64,000 nucleotides of DNA, from positions 1-64,000 of IMG/VR virus record IMGVR_UViG_3300041956_000050; one strand, written 5' to 3'. Origin of the DNA: a virus. The translations under genes were made by a program, and so were the position numbers. The first letter of the stretch is position 1. Each line of letters opens with the position of its first letter. This document shows positions 56,427 through 64,000 of the stretch, one piece after another. The notes beneath the pieces are model-generated. The model did no database searches, was not told the origin of the DNA, and saw only the letters and a program-made list of their open reading frames with translations.

Positions 56427-56717
56427 ATGCCCAGGCGTAAGCGAAAGTCAACATCATCGTCAAGGAGGAGAAAGCGCGGGACGCCGAGGCCGAAGAAGCG
56501 CTCGACGGCCAAGGGCGTGAAGAAGCTCAAGGCGAGCAGCTTCGCGTATCCGAAGACCCGCAAGTACCCGATCAACACCAAGAAGCGCGCTCGTGCGGCG
56601 CTGGCTTACGCGGCACGCAGCGACACCGCTGGCAGCTACTCACATGTCGCCAAAGCTGTCAGAAAGAAGTACCCCGGCATCAAGATCGGCGGAAAGAAGA
56701 AGACAAGGAGGAAGTAA
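56427..56717 (+). CDS. Very basic small protein (DUF6582-like SSFAYP..RKYPI...ARAAL module)
   Basis: K/R-rich termini around a conserved-looking core. Confidence 0.65.
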   Translation: MPRRKRKSTSSSRRRKRGTPRPKKRSTAKGVKKLKASSFAYPKTRKYPINTKKRARAALAYAARSDTAGSYSHVAKAVRKKYPGIKIGGKKKTRRK

Positions 56718-56720
56718 GCA

Positions 56721-56876
56721 GTGCCGACAAAGAAGCCACTCCACCCCAAGCTGCGCGAGAACTCCGAGCGCCTCAAGCGCGGAGAACCACTGCACAGCAA
56801 GCGCAACGCGCCCACATCGGCCGGTGCCCCTCCGGCGCGGCCGAAGATCCGTTCAGCCAAGGCCAGAAAGGGGTAG
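56721..56876 (+). CDS. Basic miniprotein (51 aa)
   Basis: SD AGGAGG; VPTKKPLHPKLRENSERLKRG... Confidence 0.5.
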   Translation: MPTKKPLHPKLRENSERLKRGEPLHSKRNAPTSAGAPPARPKIRSAKARKG

Positions 56877-56880
56877 AGAC

Positions 56881-57042
56881 ATGCCTGGTGCCGCGAGCAA
56901 GATGCGCAGCCACCTGTCAAGGCAGGGCAAGAAGGGCAATCGCAAGATGAAGAAGAACTCCAGCCGCAAGCAGAACGCTGCCAACAGTCGTGTCGGCGGC
57001 TATGCCGGGGCGAACTTCAGCAACGACATTGGCCGTCGCTAG
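56881..57042 (+). CDS. Basic miniprotein (53 aa)
   Basis: MPGAASKMRSHLSRQGKKG... Confidence 0.55.
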   Translation: MPGAASKMRSHLSRQGKKGNRKMKKNSSRKQNAANSRVGGYAGANFSNDIGRR

Positions 57043-57300
57043 ATGGACGACGCCGACCTTGAGCGAATTACGCGCATCGCCAAGGGCGGGCTTGAGAGCG
57101 CGAGAGAGGAGCCGGACGAAGACGAGCACGATCTGCACCTAGATACTTTCGCCATTGTTGGCGTGTGGGCCTGGAAAGACGATGAGGGCAATGACTGTGA
57201 GGGGTACAGCATCTGGTCTGAAACGCGCCGGACCCACGTACAGGCAGGAATCCTCGTCGCTGGCTTGCAGCGCTTGTCAGAGGGCGGGGGAAAGAACTAA
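57043..57300 (+). CDS. Hypothetical protein
   Basis: Abuts the previous stop codon. Confidence 0.55.
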   Translation: MDDADLERITRIAKGGLESAREEPDEDEHDLHLDTFAIVGVWAWKDDEGNDCEGYSIWSETRRTHVQAGILVAGLQRLSEGGGKN

Positions 57301-57322
57301 CAACAATCACGACAGGAGCATC

Positions 57323-57562
57323 ATGGGAGACGAGGAGAAGGACGAGGGCCAGGAGCAGGAGCAGGGACCGATCCGCGAAGGTTCCGATCAGGTCGCGGGC
57401 GACCCGCGTGGCAACGCCATCGAGGGTGGCGCTGCCCCGAGCATCGGCGGCGGTGTCGCGAGCAGCGGCACGCCTGCCGGAGAGGACGTTCCCGAGCCTG
57501 GTGAGGGCCAGGGACCAGGGCAGGGTGAGGGTGCCCGAGAGGGCAAGTCCTCGCAGGAGTAG
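57323..57562 (+). CDS. Acidic Gly/Glu-rich miniprotein
   Basis: SD AGGAG. Confidence 0.55.
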   Translation: MGDEEKDEGQEQEQGPIREGSDQVAGDPRGNAIEGGAAPSIGGGVASSGTPAGEDVPEPGEGQGPGQGEGAREGKSSQE

Positions 57563-57574
57563 CGACACCGGCCC

Positions 57575-57931
57575 ATGGCTGAGATCGTCATACGCATACC
57601 AATCGAGATCCCCGAACTGGAGGTACTGATGGCACAGATCGATGACGTTGCCGCACAGGTCCAGCAACTGACCGAGGCGGTGCGTGGCTTCATGAACAGG
57701 CAGGCCGACATCATCGGCCAACTCAACGCCGAACTGTCAGCACTGAAGGCTGACGACGACGTGGAGAACTCCAAGCTGGAGGGCCTGTCCGGCGTCATCC
57801 AGAGCCTCACTGACGAGGTGAACAGGTTCGGCCAGAACACCGAGGTGCCGGTCGATCCCGCCGATCCGGGAGGCGAGGTGGAGCCGATCCAGCCGGACCC
57901 GGTGCCCGAGCCGGAAGAACCGGCCGAGTAG
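57575..57931 (+). CDS. Acidic coiled-coil protein
   Basis: Heptad repeats and a Pro/Glu tail; may start at the internal MAQIDD after GGAGG. Confidence 0.6.
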   Translation: MAEIVIRIPIEIPELEVLMAQIDDVAAQVQQLTEAVRGFMNRQADIIGQLNAELSALKADDDVENSKLEGLSGVIQSLTDEVNRFGQNTEVPVDPADPGGEVEPIQPDPVPEPEEPAE

Positions 57932-57965
57932 AACTGTCAACACTCAGGACCAAGGAGGGATAGAA

Positions 57966-58772
57966 GTGCTACGGCCTCTCGCAGCCACGGCGCTGATCGC
58001 GCTATCGGTGCCGCTGGCTGCGTATGCCGGTGGAGGGACGACATCGGAACACAAGGTGGCGATCTGTCACAAGGGCATGACGCTCTCCGTGGACAAGAGC
58101 GCGGTTCAAGCGCATCTCAACCATGGTGACACGTTGGGTCCGTGTGAGTGCCCGAAGTTCAAGCACAAGCATTCGTCGCATCACCACGGCAAGCGCGTTC
58201 ATGGCCATGGGCACCGCAAGCACCACAAGCCGCATTGCCCGAAGCCACACCCGACGCCAACACCGACTCCGACACCAACGTCAACACCGACGGCAACTCC
58301 AACGGCAACACCCACAGCAACACCGACGGCAACGCCAACAGTGACGCCAACTCCGACACCGACGCCAGTGGTTGGGCCTCCCGGACCCCCTGGTCCGCCT
58401 GGCCCTCCGGGACCGCCTGGACCTCCCGGCCCGCCTGGTCCTCCTGGCAAGGATGCACCCGTCTCATGCCCGAAGGGAAGCATTCGAGTCGCCAAGTGGC
58501 GCGTTGTTGTCAATCGTGGTCACAGAGTGACCTCGTTCAAGGCGACGTTCAACGGTGAGAAGGCCCAAGTCAAGCGCACACGCACCAAGAGCGGTCGTCG
58601 GATGTTCGTCATCCGTATTGACATGCGCGGACTGACGAAGGGCATCTACAACGCGCGCATCCGTTACAAGTTCGCCGGAGAGACGCGCAAGTTCCCGCAC
58701 AGCAAGGTCCATCTGTACCGGGCCTGCGGTGGCAAGGACTCGCTCAACGAGAAGTCCATCATCACCATCTAG
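57966..58772 (+). CDS. Secreted protein: signal peptide, ICHK...HL.HGD..G.C domain, His-rich, PT repeat, (GPP)8, basic C-terminal domain
   Basis: AYA signal-peptidase-like site; repeats visible in sequence; SD AAGGAGG. Confidence 0.8.
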   Translation: MLRPLAATALIALSVPLAAYAGGGTTSEHKVAICHKGMTLSVDKSAVQAHLNHGDTLGPCECPKFKHKHSSHHHGKRVHGHGHRKHHKPHCPKPHPTPTPTPTPTSTPTATPTATPTATPTATPTVTPTPTPTPVVGPPGPPGPPGPPGPPGPPGPPGPPGKDAPVSCPKGSIRVAKWRVVVNRGHRVTSFKATFNGEKAQVKRTRTKSGRRMFVIRIDMRGLTKGIYNARIRYKFAGETRKFPHSKVHLYRACGGKDSLNEKSIITI

Positions 58773-58786
58773 GAAGGAGTAGTGAC

Positions 58787-59050
58787 ATGGCCGGACTCAC
58801 TGTCAAGCAGACGCCGCTCAAGAAGGCAGGCGGTTACACAACCACGACGCCGACGCTCTCGCCGGGAGCGGGGCACCTCAAGCCGTTCGGCGGCGGTGTG
58901 CCCGACAGGCGTCCGGCCAGCCACGCGGTGGCCTCCCCCTACCACCGTGGGCGCAAGGGCCGCAACAAGGACACGGAGGCGCTGCTCAAGAACGTCCCGC
59001 GCACCGTCGTGACCGACGCCGCCCCGCCGCCCCCGGAGGAAGAGGAGTAG
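58787..59050 (+). CDS. Small hypothetical protein
   Basis: SD AAGGAG. Confidence 0.55.
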   Translation: MAGLTVKQTPLKKAGGYTTTTPTLSPGAGHLKPFGGGVPDRRPASHAVASPYHRGRKGRNKDTEALLKNVPRTVVTDAAPPPPEEEE

Positions 59051-59068
59051 CAGTTGTCATGTAGCTGA

Positions 59069-59184
59069 CCAGGCGGATCGAGTTAGCGCAAGATCCGCCT
59101 GGCGGCTGCGTTCTGGCTCTCCAGCGTTATGGAGAGCGCTCGCGCCCGGAGCGGAGCATGGACGGTGACCCGTCTGCTCCGGGC
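59069..59184. terminator. Cluster of hairpins at the convergence of the plus and minus transcription units
   Basis: CCAGGCGGATC/GATCCGCCTGG; CTCTCCA/TGGAGAG; GCCCGGAGC/GCTCCGGGC. Confidence 0.6.
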
Positions 59185-59188
59185 ATTC

Positions 59189-59425
59189 TCAGTCGCAACA
59201 CGACTGCACTGTTGTCATGCAGCGTGGACACGTCCAGTGTCCGTGGATGCGGATCAGCGTCACGTGGTGTAAACATGCAGGACACTTCGTCACGTCTTCC
59301 CCCTGCCATTCCCTCTCGCATGGACATTCCGGGTCGATCTCTCCCAAGATGCAGGCCCTGGTGTGCGTGTAAACAGTAGCGCCCGAAGCAGAAGGAGAGG
59401 GGAAGGGATTCTGCTCCGGGCGCAC
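59189..59425 (-). CDS. Small Zn-ribbon protein
   Basis: CPAC...HGHWTCPRC...CCD; leaderless GTG 6 nt after TACCCT. Confidence 0.55.
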   Translation of the reverse strand: MRPEQNPFPSPSASGATVYTHTRACILGEIDPECPCEREWQGEDVTKCPACLHHVTLIRIHGHWTCPRCMTTVQSCCD

Positions 59426-59437
59426 CGTTAGAGGGTA

Positions 59438-60058
59438 CTACTTGCTGCGCATCTTGACGCGCCCGGTGCTGCGGCGCGTCGAAGCGGCGGGCTTGCTGGC
59501 CGCGCCACGGCGGGTGCCGGTCGAGCGCGTGCCCCGCGTCGAGGGGCGGGTCGTCGCCTTCGCGCCGGACGCGCGCTTGGCGGGAGCCTTCTTGGTAGCA
59601 GTCTTGCCGTTGCCGCTGGTCACGCCCTCGCGCTCCGCGAACTCGCCCATCTTGTAGAGCCACTGGCGGGAGATGCCGGACTCGTCGGCCACCTTCGCCA
59701 TCGAGACGCCTTCTGCGATGGCCTCACGCGCGGCGTCGTGGAGAGCGTTGATCGACTCCTTGTGCTCGATCTCGGCCTTCGTGCGGCGCTCACCCGCCTT
59801 GGCGACGGCCTTGAGCAGACGCGCCTCGGTGCGAGGATCGACGCCCTTGCTCGCACGCCGGACGGGACCGTCGCCGTTGCCATTGGTCTTGGCAGCAGCA
59901 GCGGGCTTGCTGCGGGCAGGAGCACGCTTGGTAGGAGCGGTGCCCTTGCGGGTCGTGGCCTTGCGTCCAGCGGGCTTGGTGCTGCGGGTGCTACCGCGCT
60001 TGGCGGGAGCGGGCTTGTCCTCGGTCTTGGTGCCTCGGACCTTGATCTTGACTGGCAT
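59438..60058 (-). CDS. Histone H1-like basic protein with a central HTH
   Basis: K/R/A/T/P-rich arms around GVSMAKVADESGISRQWLYK; SD AGGAGG. Confidence 0.8.
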   Translation of the reverse strand: MPVKIKVRGTKTEDKPAPAKRGSTRSTKPAGRKATTRKGTAPTKRAPARSKPAAAAKTNGNGDGPVRRASKGVDPRTEARLLKAVAKAGERRTKAEIEHKESINALHDAAREAIAEGVSMAKVADESGISRQWLYKMGEFAEREGVTSGNGKTATKKAPAKRASGAKATTRPSTRGTRSTGTRRGAASKPAASTRRSTGRVKMRSK

Positions 60059-60277
60059 GTTGTTTGACCTCCTGGGTCGGGTTGTTGTGCTTGTTGCCGT
60101 CATGATAGCAGACGGCAAGAGGGTTGTCGGCAGGAATGCTGCCGGACTTGAGCTAGAAGGCGATGATGATCGCGAGTACGATCAGAATCAGCGGGAACAC
60201 CTGGATTTTGCTCAAGGCGTGATCCCTTTGCTCCTTGCGCTTCTTTCCTGCCAGGTACTCCTTGTATTCCTCGGTCG

Positions 60278-60820
60278 TCATTCGTCGCCTTCCTTGTCGT
60301 CGATGTTGTCGTTCTTCTTCTCGCGCTTCTTACGGCGCGCTTCCTTCTCGGCCTCCTCCTGCATGCGAAGCTTCTCGTCATGCGTGGGGATGCCGCGTGC
60401 CTTCATCTCGATCTCGACTCGGGCGATCAGGTTGCTAGCCATCTCGACCTGGCCGATATGCGTACCGAGCGCGAGAGCCACCCACGCCGGTTCCTTCATG
60501 TACCCGCTGCGCCCTTCCACGTCGTGCATCCACGAGCCGTAGCGGTTGTGCATCGTGTACGTGATGTCGTTGTTGCTGACATCGATCATCCAGTAGCCGT
60601 TCTCCTGCACCACGTTGCCGTAGCGCAGACCCCCGACCGTGAAGTCGCGGGTGGCACTCTGCTTAGCGAGCTTGCGAGCCTTGATCCCGGCAAGGCTGTT
60701 GTCGGGAGGCTCAGGCGCGAGCACGATCACCTGCGCTTGCTTGCGTGCGCGAAGTTCGGCAAGCGTCTTGGGCTTGCTGCGTTCCCGCCGACGCTTGTCG
60801 CGCACATCCCGCAATCCCAT
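60278..60820 (-). CDS. Hypothetical protein
   Basis: Co-oriented ORF with SD-like AAGGGA. Confidence 0.65.
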   Translation of the reverse strand: MGLRDVRDKRRRERSKPKTLAELRARKQAQVIVLAPEPPDNSLAGIKARKLAKQSATRDFTVGGLRYGNVVQENGYWMIDVSNNDITYTMHNRYGSWMHDVEGRSGYMKEPAWVALALGTHIGQVEMASNLIARVEIEMKARGIPTHDEKLRMQEEAEKEARRKKREKKNDNIDDKEGDE

Positions 60821-60823
60821 CTG

Positions 60824-61252
60824 TCATCCCTTCTGGTAGTAGCCGTAAACACACCTGCTACCGTCACGGCTTGGGTTGTGCATGTCATGTATGACGCCAT
60901 CGATCACGGCTGTCACGTGCTTGCTTACGGCGACGACCAACCGGCCACCCGGTAGCTCGTCCTCGCGCAGATGCACGGTGCAGCCCTGGCCGATCTGCAT
61001 CGTCGGCGTCCACACCCAGCCGAGATCGATCAGGTACGGCTCGTAGACGTTGCGGAACACACCGCTGCGGGCGCTCCTGACACCGCGTGTGCGATGCTTG
61101 CCACGGCTGAGCTTCATGCCGAGCGCGAGCGCTTCGTAGACATCCCCATATGGGACGCCAGTGGCAATGGCAATGCTGCGCGTCACGCAGTCGCCAGCAG
61201 TGCCGACATAGCCAGCGTCGGCGCGGCCACCGTCGTCCTGCACGAACTTCAT
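60824..61252 (-). CDS. Conserved phage protein with a Cys/His/Asp (papain-like) signature
   Basis: GDCVTRSIAIA...KHVTAVIDG.IHD. Confidence 0.7.
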   Translation of the reverse strand: MKFVQDDGGRADAGYVGTAGDCVTRSIAIATGVPYGDVYEALALGMKLSRGKHRTRGVRSARSGVFRNVYEPYLIDLGWVWTPTMQIGQGCTVHLREDELPGGRLVVAVSKHVTAVIDGVIHDMHNPSRDGSRCVYGYYQKG

Positions 61253-61479
61253 CCCTTGTCCTTCCGTGGTTGCTTGACGTTGGGCTTGGCCTTGCGCTGG
61301 AAGCGGCCGAAGCGGTTGAGGATGTAACCGCTCTCCTGCATCTCCTTGTGGATCGTCTTGTCGGAGTGGAGTCCGGCAGTGACGACGGCTGCGTCCAGCG
61401 CTTCCTTGCGCTTGGCGTTCTGCGCCTCGACGTGCTGTTGGCGGCGGCGCTTGCGTTGGCGCTGTTGACGGCTGTTCAT
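61249..61479 (-). CDS. Small basic protein
   Basis: Leaderless ATG 6 nt after TATAAT. Confidence 0.6.
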   Translation of the reverse strand: MNSRQQRQRKRRRQQHVEAQNAKRKEALDAAVVTAGLHSDKTIHKEMQESGYILNRFGRFQRKAKPNVKQPRKDKG

Positions 61480-61502
61480 CCTGGGATTATACAGGATCTC
61501 CG

Positions 61503-61814
61503 TCAGGAGTCCTGGCGACCCGCGTGCAGCCCGATGGTCATGCCGTCGATGGACAAAGCCGTCAGCGCAGGCATCAGGTTGTCGATCTCCGGTGACAGGC
61601 GGATCGCCGTCTTCTCGGTGCGCGAGAGTGCTCGCGGGTCTTGCCCGTCAAGAATCATGGCGGCTCGTAGCGCACGCTGCTGAGCGACGTACACCAGGCC
61701 CTCGGGGTCGGTGTTGAGCAGGTTGGCTACCCAGCCCTGGTCGTCGCCTGCATACTCGTCGCTGAGCGCATCCATGTACCTCGCGGACAGGCTCAGGTCG
61801 TCTTGTCCGATCAT
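61503..61814 (-). CDS. Hypothetical protein
   Basis: ATGA overlap; SD GAGGAG. Confidence 0.6.
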   Translation of the reverse strand: MIGQDDLSLSARYMDALSDEYAGDDQGWVANLLNTDPEGLVYVAQQRALRAAMILDGQDPRALSRTEKTAIRLSPEIDNLMPALTALSIDGMTIGLHAGRQDS

Positions 61815-62329
61815 CCGTTCTCCTCGGTTGTGTTGTCGCTTGTATCGACACGAAGGCCAACTTCCTTTAGCGGCGGCGTCGTGCCATCCTCCTCGGCCAT
61901 CTCGCGGATCTCGCGGATGACCTCCTCGTGGTTGTGGAACCGCTCGGGCAGATCCTCCCGGTTCATCTCCTCCAGCCGTCCGGCGTTTTCCTCCATGAAC
62001 TTGCGGATCTCCGGATCATCCTGATCGAAGATCTCCTCGGTCGCAAAGAATGGCGACACGAAGTCCATGGCCACGTCGATGTAGCGCTCGACCGCCTTGT
62101 GCTGGCCGAGCAGCTTGATGTGCGCGAACATCCGCACGTGCTCCTCGCACGGCTCCTCGTCCTTGTGGCGGTGCATCAGACGCACACCGAGAATGTGCGT
62201 GCCCTTGGGGTCCAGCAGCTTGAACTGCGCGGGGGTCAGGTTGCGGTTGTAGCCACGACGGTGCGTATCGCGACAGATCTCGCGAAGCTCCCTCGTGTTC
62301 ATGACAAGCGTTCTGTCACTTCGTTGCAT
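61811..62329 (-). CDS. Hypothetical protein
   Basis: Coupled ORF in the minus-strand operon. Confidence 0.6.
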   Translation of the reverse strand: MQRSDRTLVMNTRELREICRDTHRRGYNRNLTPAQFKLLDPKGTHILGVRLMHRHKDEEPCEEHVRMFAHIKLLGQHKAVERYIDVAMDFVSPFFATEEIFDQDDPEIRKFMEENAGRLEEMNREDLPERFHNHEEVIREIREMAEEDGTTPPLKEVGLRVDTSDNTTEENG

Positions 62330-62499
62330 TAGTTCCCCATGTGGTTGAGTTCATCACGCAGAAGCGCCCCGTCAAGCTCACGCTCTGCTTCGTACAGCGG
62401 GCCGTCAATGATCTCGCTCGCGCTCACTGATGCGCCAACGACTTTCGTGACGGCTTCCAGTTGTTCGCGGGTCAGATCGACCCTGATCTTGTCACTCAT
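62329..62499 (-). CDS. Small hypothetical protein
   Basis: SD AAGGAG before MSDKIRV. Confidence 0.5.
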   Translation of the reverse strand: MSDKIRVDLTREQLEAVTKVVGASVSASEIIDGPLYEAERELDGALLRDELNHMGN

Positions 62500-62710
62500 T
62501 GTGCTCCTTGTCTTTGTCAATCATCTTGCGCCAGCGATCCTCCGCTTCAGCGCGGCGATGGTCTGGCCAGGTATCGCCTACACCGGGCTTGCGCTCGGGA
62601 GGCTCAGGGTGTCGCCGCTTGTTCCACCAGATCTTGAAGTCGAAGATCTCGACAACGAGATAGACAATAGCAGCGACAAGCGGAATGCCTACTACTGCCG
62701 CCTCGATCAC
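62492..62710 (-). CDS. Small membrane protein
   Basis: N-terminal TM segment. Confidence 0.55.
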   Translation of the reverse strand: MIEAAVVGIPLVAAIVYLVVEIFDFKIWWNKRRHPEPPERKPGVGDTWPDHRRAEAEDRWRKMIDKDKEHNE

Positions 62711-62901
62711 TGGTAGGGCGGTTCAGGCTGCGGGTTCATGCCGGTGACTTTCATGAAGCAGTCCCAGCAGTAACCGTTGTCAGCGGCCTTCTCCTCGGGC
62801 GGGAACCCGGAGGGGTGGAAGTAGTCCTCGTTCGGTGTGCATTGGTACTCCTTGCAACAGTCTGCACACTTGACATCTGCCCAGCGTAGATCAATCGCCA
62901 T
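62707..62901 (-). CDS. Small Zn-finger protein
   Basis: CADC...YCWDC. Confidence 0.55.
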   Translation of the reverse strand: MAIDLRWADVKCADCCKEYQCTPNEDYFHPSGFPPEEKAADNGYCWDCFMKVTGMNPQPEPPYQ

Positions 62902-63352
62902 TTGCTTTCGCCATTCTGTCGTAGAGCACGACGTTGACTGCTGCACCCAGGTTCAGGCAACGCACCACTGGGATACGCACGAAGCGATGACACACCGTTC
63001 GCACGCCCTTTGGCACCTCGCCATCCTCCGGGCCGAACACGTACAGCGCTCGCTCGGGATGCTCGAACTCGATCAGGTTCTCGGCTGAGTCAAGAACCTC
63101 GACACATACAGGAACGAATCCCTGCGCCGTGAACAGTTCAACAGGGCGGTCAGGATCATTGGCTGCGCCGAAGTCAACACGCCTGCGATATTCGCGCAGA
63201 CGCTCCTCGCGTGGCAACCGAGCTTCGGCATCGCGCGCACCGCGCCAGCCGGTCCACCGAACCTGCGGCACGCCGAACTCAGCAGCAGCACGCACGACTG
63301 CGCCCAGGTTGTGGCCGTACTTGGGGTCGATCAGCAGGACAGCAGCACTCAT
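62891..63352 (-). CDS. SpoU/TrmH-family (SPOUT) RNA 2'-O-methyltransferase
   Basis: Motifs HNLGAVVRAA..FG, YVFGPEDG and VRIP...CLNLGAAV.VVLYD. Confidence 0.9.
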   Translation of the reverse strand: MSAAVLLIDPKYGHNLGAVVRAAAEFGVPQVRWTGWRGARDAEARLPREERLREYRRRVDFGAANDPDRPVELFTAQGFVPVCVEVLDSAENLIEFEHPERALYVFGPEDGEVPKGVRTVCHRFVRIPVVRCLNLGAAVNVVLYDRMAKANGD

Positions 63353-63355
63353 GAC

Positions 63356-64000
63356 TCACCTCGTGAACTCGAAGGCACGCTTGACCGGCTTGATCGGTGC
63401 GTCCTCCGGCCCCTTCATATACGGACTGATCCAGATCTGCCGGTAGGCATTCGGATCACCGACCTCACCGAGCGTGCCGTAGTATTGATTGCGCCAGTGC
63501 CCGCGCACCACCCACTGCCACTTGTACTCGATGTCGCTTTCGCCATGGTCGAGTTCGTGCGGCTGGCGTTGTCTGCGAAGAGTGATGACAGTCACGTCTT
63601 CGGTGCGGTAGTGGCGCTTTCGGTCACGCCGTAGCTGCCGGGGAAGCGTCTCCTTGACCGGCACGATTTGTCGTGATAGACGCCAGAACGACTGGAGTAG
63701 GAGCCACGTCCTGGCCCGAAGGTCGATCTCGTTCTCGTGGTCGGGATCATTCTTGGCCATCGCCTGCCAGTCCTCCAGCATGCCGAACGGGATGTAGCCG
63801 GAGAACAGGATGACCCACGTTCCCAGCGCTTCCCAGGAGGCGCGCTCTCGGGCATCCATGTCAGGGCGGTTGAAGTCGTCCATGTCATCGATGTGCGACC
63901 ACAGTGTGTACCACACGCCGTCTGGAGCCTTGTCCTCGCTCCACTCGACCTCTCCGGTGCCAGCCGGAATCCACGAGATCCCTCGGAACGAGATCTTGTT
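63356..64000 (-). CDS. Hypothetical phage protein with VRGHWRNQ...IWI.PY.KG motif (5' truncated)
   Basis: Frame is open to the window edge. Confidence 0.7.
   Translation of the reverse strand, partial: NKISFRGISWIPAGTGEVEWSEDKAPDGVWYTLWSHIDDMDDFNRPDMDARERASWEALGTWVILFSGYIPFGMLEDWQAMAKNDPDHENEIDLRARTWLLLQSFWRLSRQIVPVKETLPRQLRRDRKRHYRTEDVTVITLRRQRQPHELDHGESDIEYKWQWVVRGHWRNQYYGTLGEVGDPNAYRQIWISPYMKGPEDAPIKPVKRAFEFTR

Noticed and set aside
58250-58447. Short-period nucleotide repeats as a regulatory array
   Set aside because: Explained by PT and GPP amino-acid repeats with varied third codon positions.
1-64000. Alternative genetic code or stop-codon reassignment
   Set aside because: Long conserved genes are intact under code 11, and TGA, TAG and TAA all occur at coupled gene ends.

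Overview
This 64-kb window is part of a high-GC tailed dsDNA (siphovirus-like) phage genome of an actinobacterial host. A secreted protein with a Solirubrobacterales-like C-terminal domain and several leaderless -10 promoters suggest a Thermoleophilia-type host (inference). Layout: 3' end of the probable major capsid gene and the head-completion/tail module (1-21 kb), which includes a -1 frameshifted tail chaperone, a 2365-aa tape measure with muralytic domains, an evolved Dit, a free-standing EndoVII and collagen-like fibres; a membrane-protein cluster (21-22.8 kb); replication/recombination genes (SF2 helicase, SLOG, RNase HI, DnaB, DUF4031-NADAR, primase, gp32-like SSB, DnaE, RecA, Cas4-like, RuvC; 23-45.7 kb); terminase, a portal-MuF fusion, two endolysins, holin, dcd and small basic/acidic proteins (45.7-59 kb); and a convergent minus-strand block with a histone-like HTH protein and a SpoU methyltransferase (59-64 kb). 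I saw no integrase, CRISPR array, rRNA or reverse transcriptase. Best leads: a non-canonical tRNA-like cloverleaf directly upstream of the NADAR gene (alongside a phage SpoU methyltransferase), two intergenic structured elements with duplicated loop motifs, a triplicated fibre-tip gene set that appears to complete a split fibre repeat, and a triplicated membrane-protein set. All family calls come from motif recognition by eye, not database searches.
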